This document shows, in pieces, positions 31,894-41,136 of a stretch of 64,000 bases of DNA; position 1 is the first letter of the stretch, and each line of letters opens with the position of its first letter. Under the pieces are notes generated by a model. It was not told where the DNA came from. It worked only from the letters and a program-made list of their open reading frames with translations, and did not search any database. Source of the DNA: an uncultured candidate division Zixibacteria bacterium (GTDB lineage: Bacteria > Zixibacteria > MSB-5A5 > UBA10806). Made by a program: the position numbers and the translations under genes. Where the stretch lies: NCBI GenBank assembly GCA_963801605.1, contig CAWDFP010000006.1, positions 160,001-224,000 of the forward strand, in the 5' to 3' direction.

Positions 31894-33270
31894 TTACTCC
31901 AAATCTGGCACATAATGCCTGACGCGGAATGTGGCACCCAATGATATCGCAAGTTTGCGGCAGGCCTCGATATCTACACCCGGCAGATCGACAACTGAGG
32001 CTTCCGTATTAATATGATTGGCTACGCAGCCGCGGATAAATTTGAGCATCGCCTCGTAAGCGTCTTTGCCTTTATCGGGCTGACAAAGCGTAAGATAGGT
32101 ATCGGCGTCTTGAGCGTTAAGGCTGACCGAAACTTTATCGACCAAACCGGCAATCAGCGATGGCAGATCTACTTTGTTTATCAAGCTGCCGTGACCGTTA
32201 GTATCGAGTCGGATCGGATAATTTCGGGATTTCATAGCACGAGTAATCTCCAGAAGCTCTTTAAGACGAAGAGTTGGTTCGCCCAGTCCGCAGAATACTA
32301 TTTCAGTAAACTCTTTTTCCTTATCGATTGCGGCGATGACATCAGAGGCGGCAGGTTCCGATTTCAGAAGTAAATAGTGACCGGATACAAAACCGTTTCG
32401 AAATCTAAAACAAAATGAGCAGTGATCGCTGCAGCGGTTAGTGAGATTAATATATAAAGATTGTCGAATCTTATAGACTATCTTGCCAGACTTTTCAATG
32501 GGGAGATTAAACAGGCGCCGGGCATTGTAGGATGTGATCCGCTCGATATCATCGAATGTATAAGGCGAGAAAACCTCGGAGAGTTTTTCAATTACAAAAC
32601 GCACATATTCCGGTTGATTGCGCTTGCCTCGGAAAGCTTGAGGGGTAAGGTACGGGGAATCGGTTTCGGCTACGATGCGAGAAAGTGGCAGGGAGCCGGC
32701 CACCTCGGAACGGTTTGATTTGGGATAAGTTATTGGCCCGGAAAAAGATATATAAAAGCCCAGAGCGGTTGCCGCCTTAGCCTCAGAGATAGTTCCCGGA
32801 AAGGAATGCAATACCCCGCGTTTGACTCCGGATTCCCGCAAGATGGCCATCGAATCGGCCATCGCCTCTCTGATATGCACCACCACCGGCAAATTGAGCG
32901 CTTTGGCTAAATCAAGTTGTTCGCGAAATACCTTTATTTGAAGCTCTCTCGGAGATAAATCCCGATAGTAATCAAGCCCGATTTCGCCGACGGCTACGAT
33001 TTTTTTTCCTGATTTGGAATCTTCTTCAATCATCCGACGTAGTTGAGCAAGATAATCGGGCGCACAGCTTTTAGCGTCATGGGGATGGACACCAACGGAG
33101 GCATAGATATTTTCGTAACGCTGCGCCAGTTCAAGCGAGGCACGGGAGGTCGCCAGGTCGGTGCCAATATTAATGATCGCCTCCAAACCATGTTCAAAAC
33201 CGGTCCGAATAATCGAATCGCGATCGGAATTGAATTGGGGAAAATCAAGATGAGCGTGGGTATCGATCAT
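31894..33270 (-). CDS. tatD: TatD hydrolase fused to a TatD-associated radical SAM domain
   Basis: MIDTHAHL, GVHPH, GEIGLDY, ETDSPYL; then YINLTNRCSDHCSFC (CxxxCxxC) and FCGLGEP; ATG 33270 chosen from the motif and promoter. Confidence 0.9.
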   Translation of the reverse strand: MIDTHAHLDFPQFNSDRDSIIRTGFEHGLEAIINIGTDLATSRASLELAQRYENIYASVGVHPHDAKSCAPDYLAQLRRMIEEDSKSGKKIVAVGEIGLDYYRDLSPRELQIKVFREQLDLAKALNLPVVVHIREAMADSMAILRESGVKRGVLHSFPGTISEAKAATALGFYISFSGPITYPKSNRSEVAGSLPLSRIVAETDSPYLTPQAFRGKRNQPEYVRFVIEKLSEVFSPYTFDDIERITSYNARRLFNLPIEKSGKIVYKIRQSLYINLTNRCSDHCSFCFRFRNGFVSGHYLLLKSEPAASDVIAAIDKEKEFTEIVFCGLGEPTLRLKELLEITRAMKSRNYPIRLDTNGHGSLINKVDLPSLIAGLVDKVSVSLNAQDADTYLTLCQPDKGKDAYEAMLKFIRGCVANHINTEASVVDLPGVDIEACRKLAISLGATFRVRHYVPDLE

Positions 33271-33563
33271 GGACGGTAATATATCATGAAATGAAGAGAT
33301 GTCAAAGGGATGGGCGTCTGTAAAAGCAGGCATTGTAAAGCCCGGTACCATATCGTGGACCATATATAGTACGAACCGGCGGCAATTGCCAGAATTAGTT
33401 TGACAAACGACTTGAGATACCTAAATTTATCCCCAGCGAATTGCGGGGGCGCAAAGGCAAGAATGGGAATAGCCTCAATGGGTGTTAATTTCAACTCTTC
33501 ACCACGGCTTCAATAACCATAAACATTTGGATAAAAATAATTTAGTATTAATAGGAGACGACA

Positions 33564-34109
33564 ATGAAATTACGGATGCTCCAATGCCTCGGTCTGATTT
33601 TAATTCTGACGACTCTGGCTACTGCGCAGGCGATCCAAACCAAAGTGGCGCCAGATTTCACCCTGCCGGATATCGATGGCAAGAATATAACATTTTCCAA
33701 AAATTATGGTCAGGGGCCGATGTATATTTCGTTCTGGGCTACCTGGTGTAAACCCTGCATGGAAGAACTCAAAATCATTGAAAAGCTCTATGAAAAATAT
33801 CAAGGTCAGGGTTTTCAAGTTTTCGCAATCAATGTAGAAGGTCCCAAGGCCGCAGCCAAAATTAAAAGTTTCGTTAAGACTTACGGACTAACGTTTAAAG
33901 TGCTGCTTGATAATGACGGTGAGGTATTCCGCAGGACGTTCAAAGGCGCCAACATGCCATTTACCATCATGACCGATTCCAAAGGCAGGATCGTATTTTC
34001 GAGGGTGGGCTTCAAGCCAGGCGATGAGGTAGAGATCGAAAAACTGATCTCCGATAATATCCAACCAGCCGCTCCCGATAGCGCCAAAAGCAACGAAGCG
34101 GAGAAATAG
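33564..34109 (+). CDS. TlpA-family thiol-disulfide oxidoreductase
   Basis: AGGAG SD; signal peptide; APDFTL; FWATWCKPC. Confidence 0.9.
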   Translation: MKLRMLQCLGLILILTTLATAQAIQTKVAPDFTLPDIDGKNITFSKNYGQGPMYISFWATWCKPCMEELKIIEKLYEKYQGQGFQVFAINVEGPKAAAKIKSFVKTYGLTFKVLLDNDGEVFRRTFKGANMPFTIMTDSKGRIVFSRVGFKPGDEVEIEKLISDNIQPAAPDSAKSNEAEK

Positions 34110-34110
34110 G

Positions 34111-35629
34111 ATGAAAAAGGAATTTTACCCCGCTGGCGCCATCGCCATTTTTATCGTTCTAACTATAATTTTTATGCTTCCTACGATTTCTCAGGCGCAA
34201 AATGACACCTGGTCAGTCTCAGCGTCGAATTGGATGCAATACTGGTACAATCAGCCTGAAGCCAATTGGCTGCGCAGCAGCCCGATAGATACACTCCCTC
34301 CGGATACTTTGAATTCGGTCAGGGATTCGCTGGATAATAGATTTAGCGTCGATTTCAATTTTGGCAACTTTTACGCCGGGGCATGGCTGCGTACTTACCA
34401 GCCAAATTTCAATGGGGATGCCAACGAGAAAATCACTCAGAGATATTTCGGATGGAAACAGGACGGAATAACTATTCACGCCGGCAATTTCTATGAGACT
34501 TTCGACCGCGGTATGACGCTTAAACGCTTTTCTCGATGACGCCGTGAATTTCGACAATAATCTCGATGGTATTAAAATTTCGGGACTTTATGATCATTTC
34601 GATTTCGATGCGATTTCCGGACGGGCATTCAAATTCCAACAGGGATTTAACGAATTTACGCTTCAAAGAGATTTTACGATCAGAGGCATCCGCGGAGCAA
34701 TTAAGCCGTTTACCGGCTTCAAATATGGCGGCTCTTTTGTGATATTCAAGCAAAATAGCAGTACGCAATTCCGGCAATCTGACAATATCCAGCTTTATTC
34801 CATAAACCACGAAATAAACAAGGGTCCTTTCAATTTTTACGGGGAATACGCCGTTAAAGAGGGAAACACGCCGGAAGAAGAAAAGACCGATGGCGATGGC
34901 ACTTACCTTTCAGGCTCGTTCAGCCATCGGCTCTTTAGCGTCTACGGGGAATACAAGAATATCTTTCGTTTGCTATATCCCGGCCCAACCGGAGCGTTCA
35001 ACACGCCCCCGCCGGTGAGTCACCAGGGACGAAGCCTGTCCTCGCTGGACGGGACACCAGGCGAAAGAGCTTATCAGATCGGCGGTTTGATTTCCCCAAA
35101 CTTCGATCTTAATTTCGATCTGGCATATTCGGAATCGTATTCCCGCGGGCTTGCAAACAGGCTCTATCTATCGGAAAAATACGCGGGCGCAAGATGGGCC
35201 CCGATCGAGAAGGTAGTGGTGAACGGTCACTGGGACCGAATTGACTATACTGAGGATGAGATCGAGACCTATTTTGACGGTTACTATTATGTCAATCCCG
35301 TCCAAACAGTATCTTTCTCGGCTTACACTAAACGTTTCTGGCCAACCGGGAGAAAAAATTATCACGAGGATTATTTGACCCTGGGCTATTCCCGAGGCAA
35401 TATCGTTGAGGTAACAGTTGGGGGCTCGCTCTCGAATAGAGTTTTCAGCCCCGGGGAGAAAAATGATCCCAAGAAACTGGCTTCTATTGAGCTAACCTAT
35501 CATTATCGATCCCATGAGTTATCGGTCTTTTACGGCGGCGAACGCGGGGGCCTGATCTGCTCATCCGGCGTCTGCAGCCTTCGACCGACTTTCAAGGGAA
35601 CTCGGATAATTTTACTATCGCGCTTTTAA
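34111..35629 (+). CDS. DUF6029-like outer-membrane protein (extra A near 34523)
   Basis: GNFYETFDRGMTL then (N)AFLDDAVNFDNNLDG after removing one base; C-terminal RGGLICSSGVC motif. Confidence 0.7.
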
Positions 35630-35716
35630 CAGCTTAAATTAGGGTGGGGATAAGTTAAAGTTGTTCAAGCCAATAAGGGGAAATTAAAACAAATGATCTT
35701 TTTTACTAATAAACAT

Positions 35717-35745
35717 TTGAAAATAAAACGAAGTATTGTTATATT
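35717..35745 (+). promoter_or_regulatory. Sigma70 promoter TTGAAA-17-TATATT with extended TG
   Basis: Motifs read directly, upstream of the GGAGG SD at 35771. Confidence 0.55.
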
Positions 35746-35781
35746 ATCATCAGAAATTTTTTAACCCAATGGAGGTTTTCG

Positions 35782-36837
35782 ATGGATCTTGCTAAAAAGT
35801 TGTTACTACTGATCGCAGTAAGTATCATTTGCCTGACGGGGATAGCCGCGGCTGCCGATAGAATGGTAGTTTGCGAGTATGTCACCAACTGGGGCTGAGG
35901 TTATTGTCCCGCTGCCGATCTGGTCTTAGATCGGTTAATGACAAACGACAGTTCATTTTTGGCTATTATCAGGTATCACTGGTATTATCCGTCCAGTGAC
36001 GATCCTTGGTATATGTATAACATTACCGATAACATGGCCAGAAACAATTACTACAGCAACAATTATTCCCCCCATGCCTGGGCCGATGGCAACGTTGATC
36101 TGACATCCAACCATCCGGGCTGGACTAATTCGATCAACAACGAAAGCAACGTTGACGCTCCGTTGATTATGTCTTTGAGTGGAACGTACAACCGCGATTC
36201 GCTTGTAGGTTATCTGAACGTTAACATCATCGTGGAATCAAATCCCGCTCTTAATAATCTTAAATTGCGGGTGGCTATGACGCAATCAGGGATTCGCCAA
36301 TCATCTCCCAATGGAACCTTGAACCACCACCAGGTATTTCGTGATATGTTCCCAACTACAGGGGGCCTGGGGGTAACTCTTCCCGAAGGCGACACACTAA
36401 ACTACACCGTCCGTTTCACAACTCCATCGCCGCTCATCCCGGATAGCCTGCAGTTAGTGGCTTTTGTCCAATCCGACCAAAACAGGCGGATTCTGCAGGC
36501 CGCCAAGATTAAGGTTCACGACCTGTTAAGGGTTGGAATTGAAGAAGGAGTAGAAGTTCCCCAGAGCTTCTCCCTTTCACAAAATTACCCTAATCCGTTC
36601 AACGCTCAAACCCGCATCGAATTTTCGACCGAAGGCGGAAATACCGCTCTTGAGATATTCGATGTCACGGGAGCCAGGGTTGCCAGCCTGATGCAGGACA
36701 ATCTCAGAGCCGGATCATACTCCGTCATCTGGGATGGCCGCAACCAATCGGGTAATCCGGTTTCATCAGGAACTTACTTCTATCGCCTTAAGGACGATAG
36801 CGGGGTCAAGACAATGAGGATGACACTGCTAAAGTAA
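35782..36837 (+). CDS. Omp28-like thioredoxin-fold secreted selenoprotein (Sec at codon 39, TGA 35896-35898) with NYPNPFN sorting domain
   Basis: SD GGAGG, ATG, signal peptide MDLAKKLLLLIAVSIICLTGIAAAA, then VVCEYVTNWG-U-GYCP, in frame with ORF 35938..36837; SECIS-like hairpin follows. Confidence 0.8.
35914..35935 (+). promoter_or_regulatory. Candidate bacterial SECIS element
   Basis: CCGATCT/AGATCGG stem closing a G-first loop (GGTCTT) 23 nt after the UGA. Confidence 0.7.
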
Positions 36838-36859
36838 TTCTTGGCAATATCGAGTTTTT

Positions 36860-36893
36860 ACAGGGACGAATTTCGGTTCGTCCCTGTTTTTTT
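36860..36893. terminator. Bidirectional intrinsic terminator
   Basis: ACAGGGACGAA...TTCGTCCCTGT followed by a T-run, between convergent genes. Confidence 0.75.
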
Positions 36894-36943
36894 ATATTAA
36901 CTTGTACTGGTTGAATGGCAAAAATTAGTATTTATAAAGCGCA

Positions 36944-38239
36944 CTATTTTAGCAAAACCATTTTTATACTCTGAGACTGATCGCCCGCAACCAGCTTCGC
37001 ATAATACACTCCGGAAGGGACATTGTTTGCATCCCATATTATCTGATGGGGGCCTGGTTGTTCAAGGTTCTTTGAAAGAATCGCGATTTTCTGGCCTAAG
37101 AGGTTGTAGATGGAAAGCTCAACCTGTTCAGCTTTCGGTAAATTAAGGCTTATAGTCGTTCGGGCATTAAATGGATTAGGGTAATTTTGCGATAGCGAAA
37201 AACGACTGGGGATCCCTGGCTCGTCCTTAATATCCGTCGGAGAGAATCTCAGAATAATCAGGGAATCCCGGTCGGCAACATAAACATAGTTATCAAGAGC
37301 GTAAATCCCGGTAGCAATATATGGCGTATTATAGGCTGCCGCTAATTGAGGTGCGGCTAAGTCGGATATATCAACTACCTGGATACCCTCAACACCAAGA
37401 GCGAGGTAAGCATAATTACCGGAGGCATATACGGCATGCGCCCAGGCGGGAGTAGGGTATGACGCTCTTAAGGTTGGACCTGTTGGATAGGTAATATTAA
37501 TAATTTGCATGCCTCCAACTTCATCGGCAATATAGGCATGGGAGCGATATACGAAAAGATTATTGGCATATCCGGGAGTATCGTAGAATCCAAGCAGCGT
37601 TGGGCTGGCGGAATTTTCGATAGAAGCAATTTCCAGGCCGAAATTGCCATCGGCAATATAGGCAAATGAGCCCAAAACGAATACGCCCAGAGGAGATCCA
37701 TAGGGATCCATTAGAGTTCCGGCAAGCGCGGGATTGGTCCGATTTGATATGTCAATTATTTGCAGTCCGGATGCTACATCAGCCACATAGGCATAGGTCC
37801 CGGTGACAAATACGCCAGTCGCCACGTCGGGAGTATCATAACTTCCCACTAAAATGGGGCTGGCGGGATTGATGATATTCACTATTTGCAGCCCCTGATC
37901 TCCGGTAGCCAGGTAAGCATAGCTGCCGGTGAGATATATCCCATTTCCCTGGCCAACAAAACTAATTTGACCGACAAATTGCGGATGATTAGGCTGGGCA
38001 ATATCAAAAATCGTAAGATCGCTGCTTGAAAGGCAGTAGGCTCGGTTTGCCATGACACGAACATCATTTATATTTGAGCATGCCACCGAACCGATATATT
38101 CTATCTCCTGCCCAAAAGCTGATGGTATAGGTCCAAAGATAACGATTAGAAAAACTAAATTAATAATCCATCGACTAATATATTTTCCGTCGAGTGAAGT
38201 TTCAATTAATGCCGTATCGATGTGAATTATGTTTTTCAT
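36944..38239 (-). CDS. LVIVD-repeat secreted protein with NYPNPFN sorting domain
   Basis: Repeated YAYVAD...GLQIIDIS.P units; C-terminus IKMVLLK. Confidence 0.85.
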   Translation of the reverse strand: MKNIIHIDTALIETSLDGKYISRWIINLVFLIVIFGPIPSAFGQEIEYIGSVACSNINDVRVMANRAYCLSSSDLTIFDIAQPNHPQFVGQISFVGQGNGIYLTGSYAYLATGDQGLQIVNIINPASPILVGSYDTPDVATGVFVTGTYAYVADVASGLQIIDISNRTNPALAGTLMDPYGSPLGVFVLGSFAYIADGNFGLEIASIENSASPTLLGFYDTPGYANNLFVYRSHAYIADEVGGMQIINITYPTGPTLRASYPTPAWAHAVYASGNYAYLALGVEGIQVVDISDLAAPQLAAAYNTPYIATGIYALDNYVYVADRDSLIILRFSPTDIKDEPGIPSRFSLSQNYPNPFNARTTISLNLPKAEQVELSIYNLLGQKIAILSKNLEQPGPHQIIWDANNVPSGVYYAKLVAGDQSQSIKMVLLK

Positions 38240-38377
38240 TATTAAAATGCCTCTCGTCAATTGGCTATATTTATTTCATTAACAAAATAGCAACTGGTCG
38301 GTGTTCCAATATTTATGGCGGGTGGGTAGGAATGGATAAGGGCTGTCAACCCCAAGAAGCTTAGATTCTAATGAGAT

Positions 38378-38809
38378 TTATTTTCCCAGCGATCTCTTGG
38401 TATGCGCGATGAGCCCGCCCGAGAACAATATTTTGGAAATAATCTCTGGATATGGGGAGAAATTTAGAATCTCCTTTTTCGCGGTAATTTCGCCCTTATC
38501 GAAATCGATTGAGATATTTTCGCCCGAAGCGATCTTATCAACAGCGTCGGCATTTTCGATTAGCGGCAGGCCCAAATTTATGGAGTTGCGATAAAATGTT
38601 CGTGAAAATGATACCGCGATGACGCATGCCACACCGGCAGAATCAAGCGTTTCCGAAAGCTCGACAATTGAGCCAAAATGCTTACCCGCAATTATAATTG
38701 CACCCTTTTGAAGTTTAGGCAACTGCTCGGATTGGCTATCATCCGATAATAAAAGGCGCTCGTAGTTATAATCCAGCTTTATAGCCGGTCCAGAAATCTG
38801 TTTTTTCAT
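38378..38809 (-). CDS. Degenerate LeuD/aconitase swivel-domain small subunit
   Basis: IIIAGKHFG, AGVACVIAVSFSRTFYRNSINLGLP and GGLI retained; GCGSSRE and the N-terminal DTD motif absent. Confidence 0.8.
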   Translation of the reverse strand: MKKQISGPAIKLDYNYERLLLSDDSQSEQLPKLQKGAIIIAGKHFGSIVELSETLDSAGVACVIAVSFSRTFYRNSINLGLPLIENADAVDKIASGENISIDFDKGEITAKKEILNFSPYPEIISKILFSGGLIAHTKRSLGK

Positions 38810-40405
38810 TTAAGATATTTCCTGGGATCGGTAATAGCGCCATCGATAGCGGTAGCTACCGCCGTGGCGGGAGAAACCTGATATATCTCCGTTCCCGAAA
38901 AGCTGCAATTGGGGGATCGGACACAACTGGCTGTAGTAACTGCCAATTCACCCGGCTCAAGATAGCCGTCATGAGCATCGACACAGGGGCCGCAACCGGG
39001 GCTAAGCACGATACAGCCGGATTCAATAAAGGTTTTAACAAAGCTTCTTTCCAGCGCTTCAGCCAGGACTTTTCGAGAGCCCGGGATAATCATCATGCGG
39101 ACATCATGACTGATGCGATGGCCGCGAAGCATTTTGGCAGCGAGTTCGAGATCATCTATTCGTCCATTGGCGCAGCAACCCAGAACCACCTGCTCGACTC
39201 TCTTCCCTTCCAGCTCTTCAAGGGTCCCGGAACCATCGTTCCCATAAAGCGAACTGGCCCGGGGAGTGAGAGAGGAGACATCGACAGATATCTCGTTGCA
39301 GTAGGCGGCATCAGAATCAGAGACGGTTGGCGTAAATTTGGTTTTAACTATTCGGCGTAGATATCGCGCCGTCAAATCGTCAAATGGCACCAGGGCCGTT
39401 TTAAGGCCGGCGTTGGCCGCCAGACATGTAAGAGTAACTCGTTCGGATACTGTCAGTGAGGAGATAACGTTGCCATAAAATTCTACTACTTTGTATTCGG
39501 CGCCGTCTTTAGTCAGGTCACGCGCCAGCTTCAGCATGATATCTTTGGCATATACGCCCCTGGGCAGGCGGCCGTTGAGATTGATCTTGATCGTTTGAGG
39601 CACTTTCAACCAGATCTTTCCGGTTGCCCAGATTGCGGCCATCTCGGCGGCCGTAAAGCTTGTCGAAAATGCTCCCAAAGAGCCGTAGCAGGACGCCTGA
39701 GCGTCGGTTGACAGGGCCAACTGGCCTGGCAGGATAAGCGCATTTTCCAGGATCAGTTGATTGCCAATTCCCTGACCGATATCGTAAAAAGTCTTGATTT
39801 TCTGCTTTTTGACAAACTCACGGACGCTTCGATGCGCCGGCGATTCATGCCCTCGTTCGCTCCCAGGCCGCTGGTCCAGAGTGATAATTATTTTGGATGG
39901 GTCCCAGACTTTGTCTATGCCGTACTGGCTGAACTGTCGGATGATTTGGCCGGTATTATCATGAGAGATAGCAAGGTCGGGTTCGATACTGACGACATCC
40001 CCAATTTCAACCCGTTTCAGGCCCGATTTTCTGGCAAGCATTTTCTGGGCAATAGTCTCGCGGCGCGAGCCTTTGCGGTGATTGGAATCGGGAAGCGCCA
40101 GTTCCAGTTGTTCCAGCTTAAGCTGGGCGGGCTTATTTTCGATTTGATATTTTCGCCGCCACTGCCTGAAACCGGCCCTGGAGATTACTGAGCTCTTCGC
40201 CAGCCCGGGCATCATCGCCGAAACGTTCCCAGAGCTCGCGAATTTTATCCTCGGTATATTTGGGAAAGGAATAGGCGCTGATTTTTTTCTTGGTACGCCA
40301 GTAAGTGACAAGCCTGGCCGGAACGCCGCAAATCTCACCGATCTTTTTATCGGTGCGATATTTCTTTTGAAGCTCTAAAAGCTCTTTTTTCTTGGGAATT
40401 CTCAA
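38806..40405 (-). CDS. Tandem-HTH fused aconitase-family (LeuC/HacA-like) large subunit, probable pseudoenzyme (1-nt insertion at 40185-40186)
   Basis: ORFs 40133..40405 and 38806..40338 join as GEELS-ISRAGFRQWRRKY; TIAQKMLA, SHDN, GCCANGR and PGCGPC present. Confidence 0.8.
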
Positions 40406-40896
40406 GATTTTCTCTTCAGACGGTCGAATCCGGGCTTAAGCATATCATAAATGTCGGTAAGCGATATAGACTGAATCTTAATATTGCCAATGACGGCGGT
40501 GAAGCTGGTATCTCCCTTGAAGCGCGGGACGACATGAATATGCAGGTGCTCCTCGATACCGGCTCCGGCAATTCGTCCCATATTCATCCCGACATTGAAA
40601 CCATCGGCTGGCATAGCCTTTTTGATAATTGCCACCGATTTCAGGGATAAGTCGAACATTTCATTGGCCTCGAGAGGAGTGAGCTTGCCGGGATCGCTCT
40701 TATGGGCATAAGGGACTATCAGGAGATGACCGCCGTTGTAGGGATAGCGGTTCATTATAACGAAATTTTTCCGGCCTCTGAAGAGAATCAGGTTTTCGCG
40801 ATCGGACCTCATCTTGGACCGTTTGCAAAAGACACATCCATCCTCTTTAGATCCCAGTATGAAATCGCGCCGCCAGGCAGCCCACAGATTTTTCAT
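40402..40896 (-). CDS. HIT-family nucleotide hydrolase (Ap4A phosphorylase/hydrolase-like)
   Basis: LWAAWR, CVFC, NRYPYNGGHLL, AGAGIEEHLHIHVVPR. Confidence 0.9.
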   Translation of the reverse strand: MKNLWAAWRRDFILGSKEDGCVFCKRSKMRSDRENLILFRGRKNFVIMNRYPYNGGHLLIVPYAHKSDPGKLTPLEANEMFDLSLKSVAIIKKAMPADGFNVGMNMGRIAGAGIEEHLHIHVVPRFKGDTSFTAVIGNIKIQSISLTDIYDMLKPGFDRLKRKS

Positions 40897-41136
40897 AATC
40901 GCGGGGATAAAAATACAATATTCGCAAGGGCAGTCAAGACAATAATGGGTTGAACGGATGTGCCTATTGAACTGCGACTGCAATAATTCGAGAATGTTTT
41001 TAGGGAAAATCGATAGATATGTGCCTATTTCAGTAGCAGGAGCTTTTTGGTCTCCGATTGCTCGCCTGCTATGAGCCGGCAAAATAAACTGCCGGACCAG
41101 GCGATCCGACTACGATGCGATTAGTGACAATTTAAC

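Noticed and set aside
35896..35898. UGA reassigned genome-wide to Trp or Gly
   Set aside because: TGA is used as a normal stop in many genes here (ftsE, ftsX, envC, metG, rsmA)
38378..40338. Annotation as ordinary leuC/leuD
   Set aside because: Substrate-binding and catalytic motifs are replaced in both subunits, and no leucine or lysine pathway genes are adjacent
41091..41113. Isolated GTAG-type REP-like palindrome, and short palindromes at 44538-44570 and 58322-58345
   Set aside because: Single short copies with different sequences; cannot be told from chance hairpins or terminators within this window
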